The notes below the pieces were generated by a model that was given only the letters and a program-made list of their open reading frames with translations, was not told the origin of the DNA and did not search any database. The position numbers and the translations under genes are program-made. Shown one piece after another: positions 19,562 to 28,033 of a stretch of DNA of 64,000 nt. The stretch is taken from NCBI GenBank assembly GCA_024641505.1, contig JAHECY010000007.1:7250-71249 (forward strand). The letters are read 5' to 3'. This stretch comes from Gammaproteobacteria bacterium. Lineage in GTDB: Bacteria > Pseudomonadota > Gammaproteobacteria > SG8-11. Position 1 is the first letter of the stretch. Every line of letters begins with the position of its first letter.

Positions 19562-20905
19562 TCAATCTCCGGAAGGTATCAATAGAGTGACAGTCGTACC
19601 CGCGCCAGGCATACTTTCCAGTTCTATGTCGCCCTGATGCTGTTCCATTATTCGCTTCACGATAGGCAGTCCCAACCCCACCCCGAAACTCCTGGTGCTA
19701 AACATGGGTTCGTAGATTCTGGCACACACCTCCGGTTTAATACCCAGAGCATTATCGACAAATCGAATGGCAATCTTGCCATTGATGATTTCCGTCGTTA
19801 CGGACAGTTGCGCATGGTAACCCGGCTCCGCTATCCCAATACGTTCCACCAAGGCCTGACATGCATTATCAAAGATATTGATCACGGCTCGGGTCATCAA
19901 GTCCGGATCAACCGCGATCACCGGGTCAGCGCTGCTTCGGTTGCGAACCAGTTCAATATGCTCCGGTAAGGACTGATCTGCAAGAACGTCATCCAGCCAG
20001 TGATCCACCGGAAGATATTGCAGATTGAGTGGACGAGTGCGAGAATAATCCAGCAGTTCATCGATGATGTGGTCGCAACGCGTGACGCTGCGTTCAATCC
20101 GTTCCAGGGCGTTAAGGGTTTTTTCATTCAGCGCCGCGCTGTCTTTGCGTATAAAGTGCAGCGAGGGACGTATGCTACCCAAAGGATTGCGCAATTCATG
20201 ACTTACGGTAGCGGTGATTTGGCCTAATGCCGCCAGTCTTTCCTGTTGAAGCAATTGAGCCTGTGTGTCGCGCAGCTTCTGGGTCCGTTCCGTCACCAGT
20301 TCTTCAAGATGTTCACGATAGTCTCGCAATTCCGCTTCGGCCCTTTCCTGCTCCGCCAACTGGCGTTGGCGTTCTATTTCCATGGCAATACGCTGGCCAA
20401 AGATTCGCAACATGTCGTGATCCGCTTCTGTGAACTCATGCGCCCGGTCATCCAGCAGGCAGGTAACCGCCAGCACCTGACCGTCACTGCCCAACGCCGG
20501 GAATCCACAGTAAGAATACGCGTTATGCTGCTTGAGAAAATGGGCTTCGGGAAACCGTTCCATCACCTTGTCATATACCCGATAGTCTTTGGTTTGTTCC
20601 ACTGTCGCGCATGGCGTCACATGTAAATCACATTGGCCGGCGTTGAGAAACATTTCACCTTGAACATAAACACTGAGAAAATACAGCTTGTCACCGCGTA
20701 GTTCGGATAGACACACCACTTTGACATCGAGCAATTGACCGATCATGCGCGCGGCAAGCTCAAAAACTTCCATTGGATTGCCTGACAAAATCATGCTGAG
20801 TTCATATAATTTCTTCAACCGGGTGATTTCATCCGCTGGCGACACCACCGGTTGCAACGGCTCGATTGCCGGAAATTGTATGAGGGTCTTCTGAGTGGCG
20901 GTCAT
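19562..20905 (-). CDS. Cytoplasmic GAF-domain sensor histidine kinase
   Basis: HisKA H-box ATVSHELRNPLGSI and HATPase_c (GVGLGLPIVKRI). No transmembrane segment. Start chosen at the Met with an AGGAA ribosome-binding site (the ORF extends to 20980). Confidence 0.7.
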   Translation of the reverse strand: MTATQKTLIQFPAIEPLQPVVSPADEITRLKKLYELSMILSGNPMEVFELAARMIGQLLDVKVVCLSELRGDKLYFLSVYVQGEMFLNAGQCDLHVTPCATVEQTKDYRVYDKVMERFPEAHFLKQHNAYSYCGFPALGSDGQVLAVTCLLDDRAHEFTEADHDMLRIFGQRIAMEIERQRQLAEQERAEAELRDYREHLEELVTERTQKLRDTQAQLLQQERLAALGQITATVSHELRNPLGSIRPSLHFIRKDSAALNEKTLNALERIERSVTRCDHIIDELLDYSRTRPLNLQYLPVDHWLDDVLADQSLPEHIELVRNRSSADPVIAVDPDLMTRAVINIFDNACQALVERIGIAEPGYHAQLSVTTEIINGKIAIRFVDNALGIKPEVCARIYEPMFSTRSFGVGLGLPIVKRIMEQHQGDIELESMPGAGTTVTLLIPSGD

Positions 20906-21249
20906 GTCGGTTCCTGAAGCTGAGCACTCCCTCGCCTGAATATTGCTGCAAAACCAATATTTAACACCATTGCAGCACAATCTGACTTATTTTTATATCA
21001 GATGCATTTCTTAGTCCAATAACAAATAAGGAATAAAGGTAATAAAGCGTTATAAAGTGTTATATAGTATTGACGATTGAGCGACACTAAGGTGCGGTGG
21101 TCAAGGAAGTCTTGTTGCGCGTCGCTCGGAGGGTGTCCTGTTCAACACGGCCCCTGTGTTTTAAAATATTGTTTTATAACATATTTTTTAAATACCGTCC
21201 TGCTTACGGACGCGTTCCCATCGGCGCCATCCGTAAGCGAACCGTAGCT

Positions 21250-21615
21250 TCAATTCAGCAGCTTTGCGATGTCATCAGCAGCACGCTTAACATCCAGGAA
21301 CACCAGTCCCAGCTTCGCCTTGGGCTTAGCCAATACAGTCACTACGGCTTCTTTTCCCGCCTGTGTCATCACCACATAGCCATGATCCCCCTTGATCAGG
21401 ATCTGTTCGAGGTTGCCGCGGGTGAGCTCATCAGCAGTGCGATCACCCAACGACAGCATGGCAGCGCTCATCGCACCCATTTTGTCTTCATCCAGAGATT
21501 GTGGCAACACTGCGCCGATCGTGAGACCATCCATGGAGATGACCGCGGATGCTTCAATATCCGGGGAAGTACCGTTCAGTTCGCTTAGAATTGAACCTAT
21601 CATTTGGTTTCGCAT
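21250..21615 (-). CDS. Roadblock/LC7 (MglB-like) domain protein
   Basis: 121 aa. SAVISMDGLTIGAV and ...GDHGYVVMTQAGKEAVVTVLAKPKAKLGLVFLDVKRAADDI match the roadblock fold consensus. Confidence 0.7.
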   Translation of the reverse strand: MRNQMIGSILSELNGTSPDIEASAVISMDGLTIGAVLPQSLDEDKMGAMSAAMLSLGDRTADELTRGNLEQILIKGDHGYVVMTQAGKEAVVTVLAKPKAKLGLVFLDVKRAADDIAKLLN

Positions 21616-21778
21616 GGTGATCGCTCCTGGTTGCTTACAATCGAACTATTTTGTTTACTACTTCACGGTTAGCTAATTTTCACTATCTACAGTTTTTAAT
21701 TATATTGCCTAGCAAAACCGATGCCTGATGTCGCGTCTTCTTCCCCATATCGTTTATTCTGGCAGTGATATCTCTGCA

Positions 21779-22351
21779 CTAGTGTTTGCCGTCATAAGCA
21801 GCAGCAAGTTTCTCGAACAATTTTTGACTCATTCCAGTGATGGCCAGGAATTTGTCTTTAACTTCCGTTATCGACGCCTGATACGAGGCTTGCATGATAA
21901 TCAAGGAAAATCCCAGACTGGCATTCAATGCCTGAATCATGGCCACGCAGGTTTTGGCGTCATTACCGTATACCTGCGGCACCAGCCGGTAAAGCTCATT
22001 CGCTATCAAGGTAGTGCCACCTGCCATGAATTCAGCGGGTAAATCGACTTGCACATGCACACATCCCACGGTATACATCTGCGCCACATAGGACACATCG
22101 TATCTTCCAGTGACGACCCTTTGCAGCCAATTCACATGAGTTTTTTTCAGATGCTCCACCCTGCCCTCAATATACGGTAAAGCATTGGGAATTTTCTGCA
22201 GCGTGCCATAAAACTTGTCAGTTATCTCGACCAGATACGGCTCGAGACGTTTACCTTCAGCGGCTATCAGTGCCTCCCTTTCCGGGGTGAGATCCGCGAA
22301 TACCTTGGCATAAAGTCCCAGCGCACTATACTCATTATCGGTCAATTCCAC
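21779..22351 (-). CDS. Stand-alone sensor globin (protoglobin / globin-coupled-sensor type haem domain)
   Basis: Colinear similarity to the HemAT sensor globin. The distal Tyr context ITDKFYGTL matches VDAFYKNL. The proximal His context VGCVHVQVDLPAEFMAGG matches IASIHLRIGLLPKWYMGAF. Start set at a GTG with a GGGAGGAAG ribosome-binding site after the upstream stop (the ORF extends to 22444). Confidence 0.6.
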   Translation of the reverse strand: MELTDNEYSALGLYAKVFADLTPEREALIAAEGKRLEPYLVEITDKFYGTLQKIPNALPYIEGRVEHLKKTHVNWLQRVVTGRYDVSYVAQMYTVGCVHVQVDLPAEFMAGGTTLIANELYRLVPQVYGNDAKTCVAMIQALNASLGFSLIIMQASYQASITEVKDKFLAITGMSQKLFEKLAAAYDGKH

Positions 22352-22374
22352 CGCTTCCTCCCGCTTTTCATCGT

Positions 22375-23016
22375 CTAATGAGTTGTATGATAGCGCACAC
22401 TTAATACCCAAATCAGTTGCATCAACGCCGGCTGATTCAGGCAAGGCATGCCTTCCACTGCCAACACGAATCGATGTTCACCAATATAAAGCGGCCAAAA
22501 ACCGATCTGACTATTGCCGGCGGCATCCACCAATGCCCACGCACTGGTCGACATATCCAGATCTCGGGTTAGCAGGTTCATATGGCGCTCTTGAAGAGAC
22601 GCCAGGTCCGCTGTAAGCGCGGACAGTTCCTCGACATACTCTTGATCAAATCCGTGACCGGAGATGTAAAATCCCTGGTAATCCGCCAAAAGCACCTTAC
22701 CATTTCCGGACAAAGGGATAAGCAGATCAGGCAGCAACGCCTCTAGATTACCCTGAGGCGCATATTGCACTTCGGGTGTACCTTGCACCCATCCCAGTTT
22801 CTGCAACCGTTTTAGCAGTACCGTGGCTTCGGTTTCATCGTCAATTCCTGACCACGTCTGCACGCCTTCAAGCGTCAACAATGGACTGCTGGCGCATTGC
22901 ATCAGTGACTGCAAAAGTCTTTGAGGCGGGGCCGATGATGGCCTGGACACCGCGTAGTACGCGCCGGAAGGCGTGGGCAGGAGATAAAGATCTTCGAGGA
23001 TACGGCGTTGCTCCAT
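22375..23016 (-). CDS. Hypothetical protein. The C-terminal half may be a roadblock/longin-like fold.
   Basis: 213 aa, no recognisable motif. 25 bp from the upstream gene and overlapping or adjacent to the globin gene. Confidence 0.4.
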   Translation of the reverse strand: MEQRRILEDLYLLPTPSGAYYAVSRPSSAPPQRLLQSLMQCASSPLLTLEGVQTWSGIDDETEATVLLKRLQKLGWVQGTPEVQYAPQGNLEALLPDLLIPLSGNGKVLLADYQGFYISGHGFDQEYVEELSALTADLASLQERHMNLLTRDLDMSTSAWALVDAAGNSQIGFWPLYIGEHRFVLAVEGMPCLNQPALMQLIWVLSVRYHTTH

Positions 23017-23041
23017 ACAAATATTATTTTTGCCTCCAGGT

Positions 23042-24529
23042 TTACGACTGACCCTTTATCCGTGTATACAACCGTTTCAGAATACCACCGGCTCTATCGC
23101 TGGACAGGTCATCATCCACCATGATTTCCGGTTCTTCCACTGTCAGCACCCTCGCGGACACTGCGACATTCTCGTCACCGCGTGTTTGTCCAGGCCTGTG
23201 CAGGTTGACTGATTTGACAAAGCCCAATGCTTTAGCCGCGCTGTAAAAACTGAATATATCCTGCTGCGAGACATCTAGCAACTGCAATGTCTGAACTAAA
23301 GAGCAGGGTTGCTGGTGCCATAATTCGGCGATCGTCCGCAGGCTGTCGCCAAGACCAAAGCGTTCCGCGTCAGGCATGTGTTTCAAATAAAATTGACCCG
23401 TGATATCTGTACCTATAGGGATGCGACCATGGGCGGCGCGCATAGCCAACTCCCATAATACAATATCCCAGTCCAACAGGACGCCGGACGCCTCGGTTAT
23501 CATTTGGTGTCGGGAGTTGGACAATATTGAAATTTTGATATTGTCGTTATTGATCGGTACCCGGCCCACTGCGTACAGGGCACGCTCATTATGCTCGATC
23601 AGCACCTTCCGATCATCATATAAAATGATCAGTGACTGTACCTGGGCTTCCAGCAATACATTCTTCTTACTGGTATATGATAAATTGAGCGCCTTCTTCA
23701 GATAGCCCTGCAAGTAATATTCAGGATTATAAATCACGTGAACGAGATCGCTGGAATTCGGCAATCCGACCGCAGGATGCACATTTCCCGTGGACTCGTG
23801 TTCCACCGGCGCTTTTTCTTCCACATCGACTTTGCTACTTTGGGCCGAGCTTGACGCCAAAGCAGGTGTCAGTCCGGTGAGCCCAATTTGTTCCGGCGCT
23901 GGCGTTGTGTTCACGAAAATTCGCGGCTGCGCCGTTGGCGCCACCGTTTCGGCTGAAGGCAGCGCAACTTCCGCACCGGCCAACTTCGCCATCACGCCGG
24001 GCAGTTCCGCTACCTGCAATTCATTTTCCAATATCGGAACAGTCACACCCCAGCCGCCCACTGAAGCAACACTTCTAGGGGGTGGCGTACCTGTCGCGCC
24101 CCGCACTCGTCTTTGAGACTGAACGGTACTCTGCTTCGAGGGGCTACCCTCGAAATTAATGATATTTGATGCCGATTTTTGTTCTCCGGCACGCAACTGA
24201 GTGGCGCGCGCGGCCTGCGCATCGTGAAGTGCGCGTTTCAGCAGCTCGGGTTCCACTGGCTTACGCAAAACCATCGCGTGCTCGGAGCTAAAAGCATGGA
24301 CCGATTGCACAATGGAGGGTCTTCCGGGAAATTGTCGTTGAATACGCGTCCATTCCGCCTGCCCGGTCACTCCATCCAGGTCTACCAAATTGATATCGGC
24401 GTCACCGTTTTCCGCAATTGCATATTTTCCAGCACAAGGTCCTTTGAAAAAAATACGCAGGATATTGATATTCTGCTGGCTCATCCCGATGGCCGTAACC
24501 CGCACCTGCTGATTGTTATCACGCATCAT
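23042..24529 (-). CDS. Hypothetical protein with a degenerate receiver-like N-terminal domain, a Pro/Ala/Ser-rich linker and an unknown ~250-aa C-terminal domain
   Basis: REC-like features: the strand-3 Asp context INLVDLDG and the alpha5 signature VLRKPVEPELLKRAL are present, but the N-terminal acidic pair is absent. A low-complexity linker follows. Confidence 0.45.
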   Translation of the reverse strand: MMRDNNQQVRVTAIGMSQQNINILRIFFKGPCAGKYAIAENGDADINLVDLDGVTGQAEWTRIQRQFPGRPSIVQSVHAFSSEHAMVLRKPVEPELLKRALHDAQAARATQLRAGEQKSASNIINFEGSPSKQSTVQSQRRVRGATGTPPPRSVASVGGWGVTVPILENELQVAELPGVMAKLAGAEVALPSAETVAPTAQPRIFVNTTPAPEQIGLTGLTPALASSSAQSSKVDVEEKAPVEHESTGNVHPAVGLPNSSDLVHVIYNPEYYLQGYLKKALNLSYTSKKNVLLEAQVQSLIILYDDRKVLIEHNERALYAVGRVPINNDNIKISILSNSRHQMITEASGVLLDWDIVLWELAMRAAHGRIPIGTDITGQFYLKHMPDAERFGLGDSLRTIAELWHQQPCSLVQTLQLLDVSQQDIFSFYSAAKALGFVKSVNLHRPGQTRGDENVAVSARVLTVEEPEIMVDDDLSSDRAGGILKRLYTRIKGQS

Positions 24530-24608
24530 GGTACCGACTCCTGGATAATGAATTTTTGATCGTATCCTTACCCAACATCCGGGGCTGCTTACCCGATGTT
24601 TAAACTCC

Positions 24609-25130
24609 TTATGGCCAATCTTGTTGCCGCATTTTACGAATAAGTACGTTTTCCACCAACCCCGAATTTCCCACCAAGCCTTTGGTCAGCACGGAGCGCG
24701 GCGCGGCCGGCATCGGCGTCATGGCGGTAATCCCCCCAATCAGGTGCTGTTCGAGCACCTGCAGGGTCTCCGGGCGTAACACCGCTGCGCATTGGCGCAA
24801 CACCCGTTTGCGCAGCGTCAATCCTTCCTTGCCCAGCGCAATAAACAAATCCAGTACCGCCCCATAGGTACCGTCAATGTCGTCATACACGCGGTTGACG
24901 TTGATGCGTTGCACATGCACACGCAAATCATTGGGTACGCGCGCAACATGGTGCGCAAGATAGTCACGGGCTTTGTCACTCCAATTCGCCACATTCAGAT
25001 AAAGTGCTTTGTGGCCCGAAATAATAAAAGCGGGTTCGACGACAACTTCAACATCACCGATTACACGCGCCAGTTCGACGAGTTTCTCGGCATTGCGAAG
25101 AAACAATTCCGCGGGAAGGGGTCGACTCAT
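24609..25130 (-). CDS. Hypothetical protein, first gene of the putative operon
   Basis: 173 aa from the Met with an AAGGTG ribosome-binding site (the ORF extends to 25166). No family recognised. Confidence 0.4.
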   Translation of the reverse strand: MSRPLPAELFLRNAEKLVELARVIGDVEVVVEPAFIISGHKALYLNVANWSDKARDYLAHHVARVPNDLRVHVQRINVNRVYDDIDGTYGAVLDLFIALGKEGLTLRKRVLRQCAAVLRPETLQVLEQHLIGGITAMTPMPAAPRSVLTKGLVGNSGLVENVLIRKMRQQDWP

Positions 25131-25625
25131 AAAATAACACCTTTTATCGAGTATATAGACGAGCACCTGTTACAAGTATCTGATTTAGCAGTCGAATCTT
25201 AACATCGCATTAAGAATCACATTATCCCACTCGCATGAGTGAAATACAGGCAATCATGTATTAATTTATTTGTGGGTTTGTGGCAAGAAGGTGTCTATCT
25301 GTTGCAACTTCACAAATGCTTTACCGACCATAATCCATGGAAAAGCGCCGTCACCGAAATCGGATGATCACTGGCCATCTCAACCTTCCAATCATCGGAC
25401 CCGTGTTTATCGTTACCACACCCGACCCGGTAGTGATTTGTCAGTCGCCGCCACGCCCGGACCGTACTTGATTACGTAATAACATTCTGCAGACACCGCC
25501 AACATTTGATATAACCAGTAAATATTAGCTCATCAATAATTTGACGGTGACGCACGACATGACCGATAAATTGTGACTTAGATAACAGTTTACGACCAAA
25601 CTTACCGTGACACTGGGATAAATAA

Positions 25626-25640
25626 CAACAACAATGTTGT
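25626..25640. promoter_or_regulatory. Perfect 15-bp palindrome AACAACAATGTTGTT about 50 bp upstream of the Rrf2 regulator gene. Candidate operator.
   Basis: Read directly from the sequence as a 7-1-7 perfect inverted repeat, within the 494-bp divergent intergenic region. Confidence 0.3.
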
Positions 25641-25690
25641 TTTACAAAAGATGGAAGTGAGTGCAATTGGATGTTAGGGGGTACTTTGTT

Positions 25691-26134
25691 ATGGTGTTAA
25701 CCAATAAAACCTACTTTGCGGTAGGCAGTCTGATCTTGATCGCCGGAAAATCCGGCCCGCTATCGCTGCATGAAATCGCAAAAGTATTCAGGATTTCCGT
25801 TTCCTATCTGGAACAGATTTTCAACAAATTGAAAGCCGCAGGTTTCGTCGCCGGTGTCCGTGGCCCCAGCGGTGGCTATATACTGGCTCGACCGGCCGCA
25901 GATATCAAACTGGTGGCGGTGCTACAGGCCTTGGCAAACGGCACCGGCGATATCTTGCGCGATCGGCAGGAGCTTACGATGCGGGATCAGCTGTTGAGTA
26001 AAATGAAAAGTGAAGTCAGGCTGGTGCTGGAACCACTTACCTTGTCGGATATGATGCTGGACGGCGACACTCCGTACGCGCCCCCACCCGCCGCTGCCAC
26101 CCAAGTTACGGAGAATCCGTTGACTGGCGGGTAA
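25691..26134 (+). CDS. Rrf2-family transcriptional regulator with no Cys cluster (not NsrR/IscR type)
   Basis: wHTH signature ISVSYLEQIFNKLKAAGFVAGVRGPSGGYILARP. There are no cysteines in the region where Fe-S Rrf2 proteins have three. Confidence 0.7.
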   Translation: MVLTNKTYFAVGSLILIAGKSGPLSLHEIAKVFRISVSYLEQIFNKLKAAGFVAGVRGPSGGYILARPAADIKLVAVLQALANGTGDILRDRQELTMRDQLLSKMKSEVRLVLEPLTLSDMMLDGDTPYAPPPAAATQVTENPLTGG

Positions 26135-26137
26135 CGA

Positions 26138-27226
26138 TCAGGGTCGAACCGGTAATTCGATCCAGAATGTGGCGCCTTTTTCATCATTATTACGCACGCC
26201 AATCTGGCCTTCATGAAGGGTCATCAGTTGTTTGCAAATCGACAACCCCAGGCCGGTACTCACCTCCCCGCCGGTGGGGAGATTCTGCGTACGTTTGTGT
26301 TTCTGAAACAGATTGTTGATATCGGTACCGTTGATACCCGGACCCTCATCGCTCACTTCAAACACGACGCTGCCATTGCGGGAAAAAGTGCGTACGCGCG
26401 TCGTAGTTTTGGTCGGACTGTATTTGATGGCGTTTCCGACCATGTTATCCACGACCTGCATGATTCTATCAGGATCAACAAAAATGTCCGGCAAGACCTC
26501 ATCCAGGGCCTCCTCAAGCTCGATACCTTTATTGCGCGCATATTCGTAATTCTGCGAGAGGCAATCCCTGATTAAATGGTTTAACTGCAATTTATGCCGT
26601 TTTAGTTTGATCTGCCCATGTTCAACGATGCTAAGATCCAGGTAGTCCTCGATATGCTTTTGAATGGTTTTTGCCGACCGAGTCAGCAGACTCAGCATGT
26701 CTTCGATGTCAGCGGTGTTACTGTCCAGTTTACTAAGTTCGCCTCGCATCACCTCGGCAATATCCATGATTACGGCAATGGGCTTCTTGATATCGTGACT
26801 GGCAATACTCAGAAACTCCTGGTTCTGCTCCGACAATTGTTTGAGAATCAGGTGGGTATGAACGCGCGCCAGAACCACGTCAAAATCAAATGGTTTGGTA
26901 ATGTAATCATTGGCACCACTTTTCAACGCATTGACCGTATAGTCAAAATCATTCAGGGCGGTAACCATGATTACCGGTAATTGCACCAGACTGTAGGTTT
27001 TTCGAATCTCTTGCAATGCGATAATGCCATCCATCACCGGCATCATGATATCCAGCATTACCAGATCGCAGTCCTGGGTGTCGAGGATATCCAGACATTG
27101 TTGTCCGTCCTCCGCTTCCAGCACCTTATGGCCTTGTCTCTGGAGATGGCGCATCAGAATATTCCGGTTGGACGGATTATCGTCAACGACGAGTAATGTT
27201 GCTTGATCTACCGGCATTATTTCCAC
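26138..27226 (-). CDS. Receiver - HisKA - HATPase_c fusion (response-regulator-led histidine kinase)
   Basis: N-terminal REC (LLVVDDNPSNR...LVMLDIMMPVMDG...KPFDFDVV), then H-box LSIASHDIKKPIAVI and G2 box GLGLSICKQL. Confidence 0.75.
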   Translation of the reverse strand: MEIMPVDQATLLVVDDNPSNRNILMRHLQRQGHKVLEAEDGQQCLDILDTQDCDLVMLDIMMPVMDGIIALQEIRKTYSLVQLPVIMVTALNDFDYTVNALKSGANDYITKPFDFDVVLARVHTHLILKQLSEQNQEFLSIASHDIKKPIAVIMDIAEVMRGELSKLDSNTADIEDMLSLLTRSAKTIQKHIEDYLDLSIVEHGQIKLKRHKLQLNHLIRDCLSQNYEYARNKGIELEEALDEVLPDIFVDPDRIMQVVDNMVGNAIKYSPTKTTTRVRTFSRNGSVVFEVSDEGPGINGTDINNLFQKHKRTQNLPTGGEVSTGLGLSICKQLMTLHEGQIGVRNNDEKGATFWIELPVRP

Positions 27227-27489
27227 AATCCCCTTTCTCCCCTACCATATCGGCTGCTTCGATAATTGCTTGAAATTCATTACCCATATTGGAAAATAGG
27301 GATCTTGGATCTAAAAAGCGGAAACCATGAGCCAGACAGGGTATTATTAAGAAAAAAACCTTTCGTTGTCGGAACTGCCCTTATAATGACTATCCCACGC
27401 GCACCACACGACCATGCATATACTTGGCGCACGGGCGAACCGCCATGTGTTGATGCGTGTGCGCGCCATTTGAACGAGGGAAGATTGCC

Positions 27490-27984
27490 ATGAACCCGGA
27501 AGCAGTAATGTTGGAACGTACGCCTTTTTACGGCGGACTGAGCACAGAGACAATTCGCCACCTGACATCCAATGCACAACTTGTCACCGTCAAGGCGCGA
27601 GACTACTTTTTCCATGAAGCGGATACCGCGGATGCCATGTATCTACTGACGGAAGGCAAGGTCGCGATTACTCGGCGCTTTGAAGGCAAGGAATATATTC
27701 TGGCGTTTCTACATGCGGGAGATTGCTTCGGTGAAATGGCATTGATGGATTTCCGTGACCGCAGCGCATCGGTTCGGGCGGAAACAGACTCCCAGGCGTT
27801 AAAAATTACTCCGGGTTTGCTATATGAATTGTATAAATCCGATGCCGAGCAATTTACCCTGATTCAGATGAATCTGGGCCGGGAAATTTCCCGGCGTTTG
27901 CGCGATGCTGATCAAACCACTTTCGAGCAAGCCATTCTGACGCAACGTTTTGTCACCGGTGAATTCAGCATCAATGCAATTTGA
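27490..27984 (+). CDS. Cyclic-nucleotide-binding domain protein with no DNA-binding domain
   Basis: cNMP-binding beta-roll motifs (GDCFGEMALMD...RSASVRAET). Confidence 0.65.
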   Translation: MNPEAVMLERTPFYGGLSTETIRHLTSNAQLVTVKARDYFFHEADTADAMYLLTEGKVAITRRFEGKEYILAFLHAGDCFGEMALMDFRDRSASVRAETDSQALKITPGLLYELYKSDAEQFTLIQMNLGREISRRLRDADQTTFEQAILTQRFVTGEFSINAI

Positions 27985-28033
27985 TCCAGCCGCTGTGCGC
28001 CACGGTAACTCGTTGGGCATTGCGTATTTACCG

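Noticed and set aside
20941-20990. Possible sigma-54 promoter upstream of the GAF histidine kinase
   Set aside because: The GG and GC elements do not have the required spacing (TGGTGT...ATTGG). It is not a credible -24/-12 match.
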